From Octopus sinensis (Eukaryota), in assembly GCF_006345805.1 (NCBI RefSeq), contig NC_043011.1:47442464-47506463 (forward strand): a DNA stretch of 64,000 nt, read 5' to 3'. Under the pieces are notes generated by a model, which saw only the letters and a list, made by a program, of their open reading frames with translations, was not told the DNA's origin and made no database searches. Positions 49,936 to 62,645 of this stretch are shown in pieces. A program made the translations under genes and the position numbers. Positions within the stretch are counted from its first letter, which is position 1. Each line of letters starts with the position of its first letter.

Positions 49936-50161
49936 TAATTTCAAAGGCAAAGTTTCGTAGATGATGCTAAAAAAAACACCTGTTCAAAATACCCTGTGAT
50001 AAAATTGAACTTAAGGCCTCCTCATTGTAAACCAAACTTCTTAACCACTCAGTTATATTTTTATTTTAGGTTATAAATCTTGTTTCCCCATAAACACTCA
50101 TGAAGTTATTTCCTGCTTCACAAACAAGTAACATCCTACTTAAATCTGTTTCATTCTACAG

Positions 50162-50242
50162 TCATCTCACAAGCCATCAAACCTATATAAAACTAAAATT
50201 GAACAAGAGATATTTGATGCCTTAAAAGCTTCTGTCAAATAG
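50162..50242 (+). other. Candidate terminal exon (SSHKPSNLYKTKIEQEIFDALKASVK*)
   Basis: Acceptor AAATCTGTTTCATTCTACAG|; 26 open codons then TAG. Confidence 0.15.
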
Positions 50243-50476
50243 TCTTTTTTGTTGTTGTTGTTTTTTTACAATAAGTTTTTGTCTTTTCTATTTATTGTCC
50301 CCAATGCATACTCTTCTTCAGATTATTATCATCATCATTATCATCATCATCATCATCATCATTATCGCTATTCCCCAGTGATACTGGCAGTCTTTTAAAT
50401 GCTAAGCAGTAAAATCTGTTAAGTACTTTAAGAAACTAAATTACAACGCTATAAAATAAAGTCATTATAAGTCACA

Positions 50477-50534
<58 letters not shown>

Positions 50535-50690
50535 TAAATATTATTGTTATTATTATTATTGTTATTTTCATCAAATACTTAAAAACAATTGAGTTTATTT
50601 CAAAATTATTAATCAAAGAAGTTTGAAACCGGATGGAAGCTAAATGTTGCATTAAGATATCACTACAGAAGGTAATTTGATATTGTCAGC

Positions 50691-50743
<53 letters not shown>

Positions 50744-51377
50744 TAATAATAATAATAATCAATAAAAAGATTAAAAAATTCTTTACATGTCCCAGTGAGA
50801 AGTATAGGATTATTGTTTTGCTATAATGGAGAAGATTTAGTTTCCAAGTATCACACAAACGTAACAGAATTTAGCGGTAGTTAAGTTGATAAGGTGCGAG
50901 AAGAAATGGTAACTGTTTACATAATCTGATATCAGTAACTAATAATATTGGCAACAGAGATAGCTTTAATGGTGGAAAGATTGACGATGGGTCACATCCT
51001 ATCACGGACATAATAACTTTGAAACCATGGTGTTTTCTGTTTGTATGGTTTTTGGGTAGATATCATTATACTTTCGTTTTTGTTTTCGTTGAAGCAGTGT
51101 GTGTGTGTGTGTGTGTGTATGTGTCATTAATATTGACATGAAAACTCTTTCTAGACACAGCAAAAGCATAAATAATTGTTTATAGCAGACACATCACCAT
51201 CATCATTTAATGTCCACTTTTCCATGCTTACATGGGTTGGACAGAAGTTGTTGAAGCAAATTCTTTTCAGCCAGATGCCTTCCCTGTCATCAACCCTCAC
51301 ATAATTCCAAGCAAGCTAATATTCCCCATGATCAGACATGTCCTGGATACCACATGAAGTCCAGGCAGTATCAACAT

Positions 51378-51412
<35 letters not shown>

Positions 51413-51661
51413 CACATACAGTGGGCTTGTTTTAGTTTCCATCTGCCAAAACCACTGACAAGGCTTTCATTAGCCTGGGGCTATAACAGAGGACACCTGC
51501 CTAAGGTGTCATGTACACAATGCCTAAAATTTCAAAGGCAGGATTTAGTTGATTAAGTTGACCCCAGCATTTAACTGCTACTTTGTTTTATTGATCCCAG
51601 AGAGATAAATGCCCAAGTTGACCTTGGCAGGATTTGAACCCAGAAAACAAAAAACAATCTT

Positions 51662-52203
51662 AGAACGTTGGGCCTCATGGAGGAAAAGTGGCTGAGTTCC
51701 TTTCGAGTGTTGGGATTCATGGGGGCAAGGTAGCCGAGTTCCTTTTAAGTGGGCCTCATGGAGGTGAAGTGGCTGAGTTCCTTTCGAGTGTTGGGCCCTA
51801 TGGGTATGGGGGCGAAGTGGCTGAGTTCCTTTTAAGTGGGCCTCACGGAGGTGAGGTGGCTGAGTTCCTTTCGAGCGTTGGACCTCATGGTGGTAAAGTG
51901 ACCGATCTCCTTTCAAATGTTGGGCCTCATGGAGGCAATGACCAAGACCTTTGGCATTATGTCATGCTGGAGAAGAAGACCCCATCAAGCTGAGCAAAAT
52001 AATAATCATGGCAGATACCGGTGTCACACAAATGGCACCCATGCTGGTGGCACGTAAAAACACTCATTACGTTCTCAGAGTGGTTGGCATTAGGAAGGGC
52101 ATCCAGTCGGAGAAAACCATGCCAAAACAGACTGGATCCTGGCACAGTCTTCCAGCCAGCCCAGTCAAACCGTCCAATCCATACCAGCATGGACAATGGA
52201 TAA
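51662..52203 (+). mobile_element. RTE-type element 3' end (family C) including the ORF2 terminus expanded into a 42/39-bp tandem array
   Basis: LRTLGL at the array start and DLWHYVMLEKKT at its end resemble the RTE terminal DLRTLGLTEAM..DRDLW.YAVLEKT; family C 3' UTR follows. Confidence 0.75.
51670..51937 (+). repeat. Tandem array of ~6.4 units (42, 39, 42, 45, 42, 42 bp), open reading GPHGG(K/E)VAEFL(SSV/LS)
   Basis: Direct alignment of the units. Confidence 0.95.
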
Positions 52204-52217
52204 TACAGTTCTATATT

Positions 52218-52372
52218 TAAGAGATGAGGTATTTATGTACATTATTTACATTCGATGGATATTTGTCCTCATCTTGTTTGTTGTTAACACAACGTTTCAG
52301 CTGATATACCCTCCAGCTTTCTTCAGGTGTCTTGGGGAAATTTCAAACCTGGGTTCTCATTCCTAAGGTATT
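52218..52372 (-). mobile_element. Penelope-like element terminal repeat
   Basis: Carries an intact minimal hammerhead motif followed by an A-rich stretch. Confidence 0.65.
52287..52330 (-). ncRNA. Minimal type I hammerhead ribozyme motif
   Basis: ACAC-CUGAAGA-A-AGCUG(GAGGGUAUAU)CAGCU-GAAA-CGUU-GUGU: conserved core, 5-bp helix II, 4-5-bp helix I, palindromic ACGU helix III, GUU site. Confidence 0.75.
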
Positions 52373-53183
52373 TGTCAATGTTTGAAATATTTTCAGATGA
52401 CTTATGATCAAAGATGCTTCAGCTGTATCCATGCAGTATTTTATTCATAGGTTATCAATAGCAGCTTGACCAAATGTGTCTGCCCCTTTTCCAAGAGAGT
52501 AAAGGAGAAGGTGGAAACTGGAGGGAAAATTGGATGCTATTCCTAGCAAGTTGAATGACTACATTAGCTACCAGTTTTAACTTTTAGTAAGAGTAACAGC
52601 TAATAAATCTTTACCGTTACCAGACTTTTATATCAAACATGTTTAATAAATGCAGTTATGGAAGGCATTAACACGACAAATTCCCACATATAATAAACTC
52701 CGGTGCTTAATTAAACATCTACTACATGAGAAATCTTTAAAGAAGTGTCAAACTGAGGGAGACAAATTAATAATTCTTGGCAAGGATTCAAGCAACTATT
52801 TTTGTCTTTTCTCAACACAACTCTGCTGACTCGACAGAAATCTAAAGTCTGTGTGATGCAATTTCAGTTTAATACTAACTCACATTAAACTGGAATCTTG
52901 TGTAATAATTTGAAATATATGTAAAATCATTTGTTTAATAAGAATACATTCAGAATATAGCGGCAGCTGATATTTATTAATGAATATCTTCACTTTAGAC
53001 TGACACAATCTGTCATTTGCTTTCGAAAACAATGGTATACAAACTGTACAAATGGTACAAGTGAAAATTAAATTTGCTTAAGGTGAAAACAAAAGTAGAA
53101 TAATCAAGATTTTAAATTCAATCATAATCTAAGTTACAGAGAACCTCAGTGGCAGAGCACAGAGAGTGAGGAATATTAATATT

Positions 53184-53416
53184 TATTTCTTTACTACCCA
53201 CAAGGGGCTAAACACAGAGAGGACAAACAAGGACAGACAAATGGATTAAGTCGATAATATCGACCCCAGTGCATAACTGGTACTTATTTAATCGACCCCG
53301 AAAGGATGAAAGGCAAAGTTGACCTCGGCGGAATTTGAACTCAGAACGTAGCGGCAGACGAAATGCCGCAAAGCATTTCACCCGGCGTGCTAACGATTCT
53401 GCCGGCTCGCTGCCTT
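53184..53416 (-). mobile_element. SINE family B, full-length, 15-bp TSD
   Basis: TSD AGGAATATTAATATT at 53169-53183 and 53417-53431. Confidence 0.92.
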
Positions 53417-53520
53417 AGGAATATTAATATTGTCTTAAAATATAGGCTGATTTCCAATGCATGTTCATCTACTTTGCTATCATAGACTGACTGAGTACTT
53501 TTTTCTGAGGCAGTCTTTTT

Positions 53521-53743
53521 GACCCTTTAGCATTTAAACCGGCTATATCTGCCCAAAATATTCTGCTTGCTTTATGTTCAAAGTGGCCAGATCTGGCACT
53601 TTGTATGTACCTTATAAACCAATACTAAAAATAAAGTCACGTTATTGAAATCTCAAAGCTGTGAGATTCTGTGAGATTAATTCAAAATAAAGTGAATAAA
53701 GAAGCAATACATTTGATGGAATAGTCTGAATACTAAAAGTTAA
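53521..53743 (+). mobile_element. piggyBac-type MITE copy
   Basis: GACCCTTTAGCATTTAAACCGGC start; colinear with 6875-7095. Confidence 0.65.
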
Positions 53744-53753
53744 AGTTGGTTGT

Positions 53754-54001
53754 GTGGAGGTGCGTGGCTCAGTGGTTAGGGTGTCAGCATCATGATCGTA
53801 AGATTGTGGTTTCGATTCCTGGACCAGGTGACGCATTGTGACACGTCGTTTCACATTGATCCAGCCCACCCAGCTGGCAAAAATGAGTAACGCTGCGATG
53901 GACTGGCGTCCCGTCCAGCCGGGGAACACATATGCCATTGAAACTGGGAAACCAGGCCCATGAGCCTAGCTAGGCTTTAAAAGGGCACAAAGAAAAAAAA
54001 G
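53754..54001 (+). mobile_element. SINE family D with 13-bp TSD
   Basis: AAAGTTGGTTGTG at 53742-53754 and 54002-54014; colinear with 9996-10238. Confidence 0.88.
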
Positions 54002-54289
54002 AAAGTTGGTTGTGAATTACAGAACTACAGAACATAATGTTCACTGGAAATTAAATATGATGGATGACATTATGATTGTTTTACACAGATAAGGTACAGA
54101 AGTGACAGCTTTCATACACATACACACACACTCACAGACAAACATACATGCATAAATATATATGGCAAGCTTCTATGCAGTTTCTGGCCATCAATGTCCA
54201 TTCACAAAACATTAGTCAATCCAAAATTATAGTAGAAGACACTTGCCCTTGATGCTGAGCAATAAACCATGCAGCCACATTTGTGCGTA

Positions 54290-54672
54290 AGTGCAGGCAT
54301 GGGTGTGTGGTAAGAAGCTTGTTTCTTAGCCACATGGTTCCAGGTTCAGTCCCACTGCATGGCATCTTGGCCAAGTGTCATGACCAAAGCCTTGTGAGTG
54401 GATTTGGTAGCCAGAAACTGAAGGAAGCTCGTCGTATATATGTGTGTATGTGTGTGTCTTTATACCTGTATTTGTTACCCCTCTACCATTTGGCAACCAG
54501 CGTTAGTGTGTTACATTCCCATAACTTAGCGATTCAGCAAAAAAAGAGATCAACAGAATAAGTACCAGGCTTAAAAAAATAAAGGACCTGGGATTGATTT
54601 GTTTGACTAAAAGCCCTTCATAGCAGTGCCCCAGCATTGGCCACAGTCAAATGACTGAAACAAGAGATTAAA
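54290..54672 (+). mobile_element. SINE family A, diverged full-length
   Basis: GTGCAGGCATGGGTGTGTGGTAAG head to GACTGAAACAAG tail. Confidence 0.8.
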
Positions 54673-55252
54673 GATAATAGGATTGAACCCAAGACTACAT
54701 AATTACAAAGCAAGCTTCTTTACCACCATACGGTCATGCCAGCCCTATAACCTGCATCGATAATATATTTATATATAAATTAGGATATGCATATATGCAC
54801 ATAAACACTTGTTTACATTCACTTAAATAAGTATACACAATACATGTGATCTTGATGGCTTTAACAACATAAATATCGCATTTAAATTTCAGCAGATAAT
54901 GGAATATATGTATCATATTAGGCTTGTTGTACATATTAGCATAGGTGCACAGATATGGTTGTGTGATAAGAAATTTATTTCACCACCTTGTAGTATCAGT
55001 ATGTTAAGAAAATATGTGGGAAGCCATGGCATATCACATCGTACAATCTTAAAAGAAAAAAAAGAAAAAGGAAAAAAAGAGTGGAAGAACACTTGAGATA
55101 ATGTACTCCTAGATACTCTATGTCCTGAAAAAGGCAAGAAGACACAGAATGAACAAAGCTGGAAAATGTTTGATCATAGGTCAGCTGGATCAGGTCTGAC
55201 TTGGAACTAAACAACAGCAAAATGAAGAAGTATAATAATAAAAAGGCTACAA

Positions 55253-55297
<45 letters not shown>

Positions 55298-55474
55298 TAT
55301 ACACACATACATAAATATACGTCTCTCGTGATTTAAAAATTTTTCTTTTTTCTTTTTTTTGCCTTACATTTTCAGTTTATTATTCTGTTCATCCAGTTTT
55401 TCAAAGCTAGCATCAATGAACTATTTTTGCTTGTTATTTATTTTAAACTCTTGTTGGAGCAATTGTTTTTACAG

Positions 55475-55511
55475 ATGAATGCATTCTTACAGCGAACCGC
55501 TCGAGCATGAA
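55475..55511 (+). CDS. Candidate 37-nt exon, product unknown
   Basis: Acceptor ATTGTTTTTACAG|, donor AA|GTAAGA, CpG-rich body; reads xECILTANRSSM or MNAFLQRTARA*. Confidence 0.3.
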
Positions 55512-56154
55512 GTAAGAGTGAAACATGTTGTTAGCCAGACAGCCAGACAGAGAAAAACTGGGGGAATCAGTAGAGTTATGTGACCTTGCTGCAAGGCATA
55601 ACAGAGATTCTAATAAAATCTGCTTTATATATATACTGAAAGAAACTACAAGACAGTCTTGAAATAGAAGTTTGTTAATCTGAAATACATACTTCATATC
55701 TTAAAGTAATGGTTTTGGGAAATACATTTCTTATATTCTTCACACCATAAAATAAAAAAATTTTAAATGCAAGGAATATAATAAAAGTAATTGTAAGGAT
55801 GAGCATTCAGAGTATATTAACGAAAATAATGTTTAATCAATAAGTAATTAATAATAAAAGCTCTCACACAGACATGCATTCAAGTATGCAAATGAACTAT
55901 GTTCATGGATTGTGCAAAAATCCAAAACAATAACTTTGAAATACTTTTAAGCTTTAAAAAGATTTCATCAACATTAAAAAATATATATCTTATGTTTGTT
56001 AAAAATGTATATTATATATTTCTTAAAAATTATATCATTTTTTTAACTCGTTATGATGTAGAGGAATGGAAATTGGATAATTGGGTACGTTTGAGTGTAT
56101 AAGCATGAACAAGCAATTGTGGCTAAGTGTGAGTAAGCATGAGTGAGTAGGAGA

Positions 56155-56617
56155 TATCATCATCGTCATCGTTTAACATCCGCTTTCCATGCTAGCATGG
56201 GCTGGACGATTTGACTGAGGACTGGCGAACCAGATGGCTGCAACAGGCTCCAGTCTGAGCTGGCAGAGTTTCTATAGATGGATGCTCTTCCTAACGCCAA
56301 CCACTCCGAGAGTGTAGTGGGTGTTTTTACATGCCACCGGCACGAGGGCCAGTCAGGTGGTACTGGCAACGGCCATGCTCAAATGGTGTTTTTTACGTGC
56401 CACCTGCACAGAAGCCAGTCCAGCAGCACTGGCATCGACCTCACTCGAATGTTTTTTCACATGCCAGTAAAGCAATGCTGGTAACGATCATGCTTGAATG
56501 GTGCTTTTTAGGTGCCACCAGCACAGAAGCTAGTTAGCTGCTCTGGCAACAATCATGCTCGGATGGTGCTCTTAGCGCTCCACTAGCACGGATGCCAGTC
56601 ATTGAATTTGATTTCAT
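56155..56617 (-). mobile_element. Family C (RTE-type 3' end), long version
   Basis: Colinear with 32874-33352. Confidence 0.82.
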
Positions 56618-57118
56618 GCATGTCAAGTAGTGACCAATAAATGAAATATAGCTTAATCTTCATTCACAAGTTAGCAGCCGAGATACACACACACACACAT
56701 ATATATAGGCACAACCATGGCAAAGTGATTACAATATTTACTTTGCAACCACATGATCTCAGGTTACATGTCACTACACATATACACACAAACACACACA
56801 ATCACAAACACACATATATACACTCACAAACACATACACACACATATGAGTGAGTGGACAAATGAATGTAGAACTTCACGCATATGGTAGGAGTTCATAT
56901 ATTGTTTAATAAGAGTTTGACTCTGCTCCATGAAACTTAAGGCTTCCTAGGCTCATAAAATGAACTTAGCTATTCAGACATTTGGAGATCAAGTAAAAGG
57001 AAATGAGACAAATTTAAGATAGTTTCTCGATTTTTCCCTGCATCTGAAAGAGTACTTATGCTGAGTATACCCCTTTTTGAAGTCATTGACTGTTATGCCC
57101 TTGTAGTGTCTTGGAATG

Positions 57119-57160
<42 letters not shown>

Positions 57161-57214
57161 AATAATAACTGCTTAGTAATTTAAATAACCTTATGTCTGG
57201 TCTATACTACAGTC

Positions 57215-57440
57215 TTCAGGGCAGCAAGCTGGCAGAATCGTTAGCATGCCGGGTGATATACTTAGCGGTATTTCGTCTGCGGTTATGAAATGAGCTCAAA
57301 TTCTGCTGAGATCAACTTTACCTTTCATCCTTTCAGGGTCAATTAAATAAGTACCAGTTATGCACTGGGGTCTAGGTAATCGACTTAATCCCTCTGTTTG
57401 TCCTCTCTATGTTTAGCCCCCTGTGGGCAATAAAGAAATA
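57215..57440 (+). mobile_element. SINE family B with 12-bp TSD
   Basis: TATACTACAGTC at 57203-57214 and 57441-57452. Confidence 0.9.
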
Positions 57441-59179
57441 TATACTACAGTCATCAAGATATTCTGTGGTTTGGTATCTCTGTGTTATATACAGCTCAAT
57501 GAGGAAATATAAGACAGAAACATGTCCACAGCTGTCTCTATAGCTAGCAAAGATCAAACTTATTTCCTCTATGCGTATCTACATTATTTTTTATCAACAG
57601 AAATTTAAGTACTTTGCTCCATTGCTCCTCTTGAGAAAAATTTACAATTATCTAAGTTAAATTTCTTCTTAATGTGTAAATATAGTATCCTACACACAAG
57701 CCCACTTGCATCTCAATTTCTCAATATTTATTCATTAGTTTGATTGTTTTGTCTCATACATTATTGTGATACATATATATAGTAACTGTGATGTTGTTGG
57801 TAAAACATGTTTTTTGTCTATCTCCTTAACCTCTTGGAAATTTTGGATAAAATTATACTAATGTGTCCTTCAAATTTAATTAAATTCTATGTTTTTGGGG
57901 GGCAGCTGAAGATTGCTCTACATTTTAAATTGATGTAATGTTTGCATTGTTCAATTAAATGGAGTTGCATGAAGCGATTGTACTGCATTACCTCTGGGTA
58001 TCCTTGTTGCTTATTTTGATTATAAACACCTTATTTTAAATCGTATTGATAATACCATACTAAATTCTGGTGCCTTCAACTTAAGTACCATATTCATCTA
58101 AATCCATCTATCTATCTATATATATATATATATTTTATAAAACACACTGTCAGCTTTTGTAAAAGAAAGATGCGAAAAAGGTAACGTCAAATGTCATAAT
58201 GTTGGACCTCACAAATGAGATAACACAGAAGACAGTCAGTATTGATAGAATGATCACCATTGGTCACAAGTTTCCAATGATCCAGCTTTTGATTTACTGC
58301 TTTTCTGACAGCGAGATTGACAAGAGGTTGTCTGTCTAAATGCTAAATGAAAATCTCAAGACATTTCCTTCTTGTTTGGATTTTTTTTTAGTTTTCAACA
58401 ACACTGTCAAAAAATATACATTCACATGCACACATGTCTATAGAATTATGGTCAGGAAGAGAGCGTGAATGAATTGGTATTGCTTATTCTAGAAAATACG
58501 GTAAAGTGAAATTCATAAATTTTTATGAGATTCTATGTCGTAATATGGAGAGGAACCCCACAAGTCAAAATTGATCCTTTGTCTGAGAGGAAACAGAAAA
58601 TTAACCTTTTCTTATTCTCAGACAAATAGTCAATTCTAAAATGTCAATTTTCTCTACTCAGAATAGTATATGAACACATCCAGATTCATGAACAGAGGCA
58701 CCAATGTCAGAATATATTATATACAGAACATCATTAATATTCAAAACCACAAAATAAAGGAAACAAAATGTTATATGGTATGACACAACATACGGCTTAT
58801 TTGCTTCAGTGATAGTAAGATTTTCCTAAATCAAATAAAGAAGCATTTTTGTGTACACACACACACATACAGGAATTTCAGGAACGATCTTCATTAAAAA
58901 TAGAATCAAGATGAACTACAGTTGTACCAAAAATTTCCTTGCTACTACAGCCAAAGAAAAATTAACAAAAACTTTCCAGTACAAACATACAAAAGTTTGC
59001 TTCTGTATGTATTTACAATAATTCCTGTTTATTCTCTTAATAATATGTGTCTTTCTAAAGTGTTACTTTGTAGGGCTATGGTCATCTTAGATACAGTATT
59101 GAAGTAAAAACCTAAACACAGCATATAAAAATCATTTTAAAATGGTCTTTGCACACTATATACATTCAGTTACCCAGAA

Positions 59180-59522
59180 AGACACCTCTGTGATACCTGT
59201 GTTGGTGGTACGTAGAAAGCACGATCTGAACGTGGTCGATGCCAGCGTGGCCTTGACTGGCTTCTGTGCCGGTGGCATGTAAAAAGCACCAACTGATCGT
59301 GGCTGTTGCCAGCCTGCCCTGGCACCTGTGCCGGTGGCATGTAAAAAGCACCCACTACACTCACGGAGTGGTAGGCGATAGAAAGGGCATCCAGCTGTAG
59401 GACCACAGCCAGATCAGACAGGAGCCTGGTGCAGCCTCCTGGCTTCCCAGACCCCGGTCGAACCATCCAACCCATGCTAGCATGGAAAACGGATGCTAAA
59501 CAATGATGATGATGATGATGAT
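59180..59522 (+). mobile_element. Family C (RTE-type 3' end) with (GAT)n tail
   Basis: ...CCCATGCTAGCATGGAAAACGGATGCTAAACAATGATGATG. Confidence 0.82.
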
Positions 59523-60011
59523 GAATATTAGTAATGAAATCATTTGGTCCAATATGGTACTGAAATCTACCTCCCTGGCTCCCAATGAAATGATTTTAAC
59601 TCTCTTGAGGAAGTATAACACTGTATTCTATCTCTTTGAAAATTTCATCACTAACTGGAATTGGTCAGATATTGCAAACACTTCCACTGGCATTTATTGC
59701 TTTTGTGTTTTATACATATAAATACTGAAGGCATGAAAATATGTATTTCTGCATGTGACAAGGTCATCGTATCAAGTTTTCAGTATACAATAAGTGAATA
59801 GATGAATGTGCGGAACATTTTTAAATGGTCTTTTAGGCAAGTAATCAGTTTGGATGTGTTCACAAATAGTTTTGCTTCTGTATTGTCACACTTTATACTT
59901 TCAACTATTTTGACAATGCAAAGCTCAGATTAGTAATTCAAGAAGCTTCAGATTCTGATAACGTGTACAAACAGTATGTACTGAGTACTTCCTAATTTGT
60001 AAATACAAACA

Positions 60012-60198
60012 GGGTGCAGGAATGGCCGTGCGTCAAGTAGCTTGCTTACCAACCACATGGTTCTGGGTTCAGTCCCACTGCATGGCACCTTGGGCAAATG
60101 TCTTCTACTATGGCCTTGGGCCGACCAAAGCCTTGTGAGTGGATTTGGTAGACGGAAACTGAAGAAGCCCATCATGTATATGTATATGTATGTATATG

Positions 60199-60229
<31 letters not shown>

Positions 60230-60456
60230 GTATGTGTGTGTGTATGTTTGTGTGTCTATGTTTGTCCACCCAACATCACTTGATAACCGATGCTGGTGTG
60301 TTTACGTCCTCGTAACTTAGTGGTTCAGCAAAAGAGACCGATAGAATAAGTACTAGGCTTACAAAGAATAAGTCCTGGGATTGATTTGCTTGACTAAAGG
60401 CAGTGCTCCAGCATGGCCACAGTCAAATGACTGAAACAAGTAAAAGAGTAAAAGAG
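60012..60456 (+). mobile_element. SINE family A, full-length
   Basis: Head and tail motifs as in the other A copies. Confidence 0.92.
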
Positions 60457-60816
60457 AAATCAGATCATTTGAATGCTTAATTCTGAGCATTGAATTGACC
60501 ACAACTGCTAGCTAAGGTTAATGGTATAAAATGGTAAATAAGGCCAGTCATTGATACTAAGAATGATGATGAGGTTAGTGATGATGATAAGGATATGTAG
60601 TAGGGCCAGCATCTTAGTTCTTGATGGTACTGAAGAGAAGACAATTTTTATATCAAGTTCATAAATATTTTCCCTATACTTTGATTAATATTTCCAATGA
60701 AATTTTAGTGAAGTTAAATTTCATGAAATGTGTTGAATGCTTTCTTTCTTTACTTTGAAGCATATTAGTCTGCATTAGAGTGAGTCAGAATGTGTGTGTG
60801 TGTGTGTGTGTGTGTG

Positions 60817-60853
<37 letters not shown>

Positions 60854-62334
60854 TATGTATTTTGCATTTACATCATCGAAGTGTGTGTGAATGGGTGTAT
60901 TCTATACTGACATCACTACAATACGTTCAATCAAAGTTGATTACTTTCATATGTAATAATGTAGTAATCAATACAACTATGTAATATATATATATATATG
61001 TATATTTAAGTAGGTGAATGAATTATTCTATGTTTATCGTCAGCATGGAAAATTCGTTTAACCGAAACCTGGGTAGCAAATTCACGTCAGAAAACACGGT
61101 TGAAGCGACCTGTCAAGGGTAGAAACTCCGGGTTCATGTGTAGAAATTTGTGTGTTGTATATGAATAAATGAAAGAATGGAGTCGAACGAAGATGTTAAC
61201 AAAATTCCTTTACTCTCGACACATGTTTCGAAGTTTTAACGTTCACTTTTCCATGCTTGTGTGGGTTTGACAGCATTTATTGAGGCAGATTTGCTACAGC
61301 CAGCTGCTTTTCAAGCTGTATTATGTATGTGTGTGTGAGTGTATATATATATATATATATACATATAATGTATTTTCTTTTTGTATGACACTATTGCCCA
61401 AGGTTCCCATGGACTTTTCCGTAGGCTTTTCTATCCACGGACAAACCTAATCTGTTTTCTCTTTATACATTGACATTTCTGTGATACACAATACCTGTTG
61501 ATCGTCCCCATTTTCTTTTCACAATCCCTTTTGATCGGAATCCCCCCCCCTTTTCGTGATCCCTTTTGATCAGAATTCACCTATACCTTTTTTTTTTTTT
61601 TTTGAAATATTTTCCCCCTTCTTTTCTTCCCAAAAAGAAAAGCTCTACTTTGTATTTTGTCCCTTCCGTGTTTAGCCCTGTGTGGCCAATAAAGAAATCT
61701 ATATGAGGGAAACTTTTCTGCTATTTCTAGTAGGCCAAGAGTCTTCACATAGTTTCCCCTCAAACCATATTACCTGTAATCTGTCTTGTATTTAGTTTTT
61801 GTCTGGGATATTGATGTAGCATTAAAAGAAATCTAAGTGGAATTCATCTGAATTCCCTCTTATCTCTGTCATCTCCATTATAATTATACACACAAAAATA
61901 GTCTTTTTTTTTTCCCATGGACAAAACTAAATTGATTTTTATCTTTGTTTTTCTCTTGAAATGTTAGGAAATATCGAATCAGGTGTCAGAATCGCTAAAA
62001 TGATTCTTTGGAAGAACAGAAAAAAAAAAAAGAAAAAAAAGCTAAATATAATTTACTACAAAGGTTACCTTTTTATTACCTTTTTTGCTGTTTTTTTTTA
62101 TTACATCTAATGATGAAACCATTCAGTCTTATATCAAACAAACATCTATTAGGCTAGAACAGATTAGCAGATAATGATGTTAGCATTTACTGATCAGTCA
62201 TTGATGCTAATGATGATGATGATAATGATGATGAAAGCAGTGGTGAAGATGATGATGACGACGACAATGATACCACGAGTTTTGTACTTTATGGATATTG
62301 CAAATCCATTTCCCCAACAACAACAACAATAATG

Positions 62335-62598
62335 GATTTCAAATTTTGGCACAAGGCCAGTAATTTCCAGAAAGGTAGTAAGTCAATTGAATTGACCCCC
62401 AGTGCTCAAATGGTATTTATTTTATTGATCCCCAAAGGGTTGAAAAGCTAAGTAAACCTTGCCAGAATTTGAACACAGAATGTTAAAGACACAAAGTGCT
62501 GCTAAGTATTTTGCCCATCGCGCTAACGCTTCTGTCAGCTCACCGTCTTAATAATAATAGTAATAATAATAATGATAATAATAATAATAATAATAATG

Positions 62599-62645
<47 letters not shown>

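Noticed and set aside
51578-51916. Minus-strand repeat ORF (SKGTQP...)
   Set aside because: Antisense shadow of the plus-strand array; unit differences are mostly non-synonymous in this frame.
52650-52829. 59-codon plus-strand open frame and the similar 58-codon frames near 58160-58340
   Set aside because: No recognisable homology and no paired strong splice sites; lengths reachable by chance in 64 kb.
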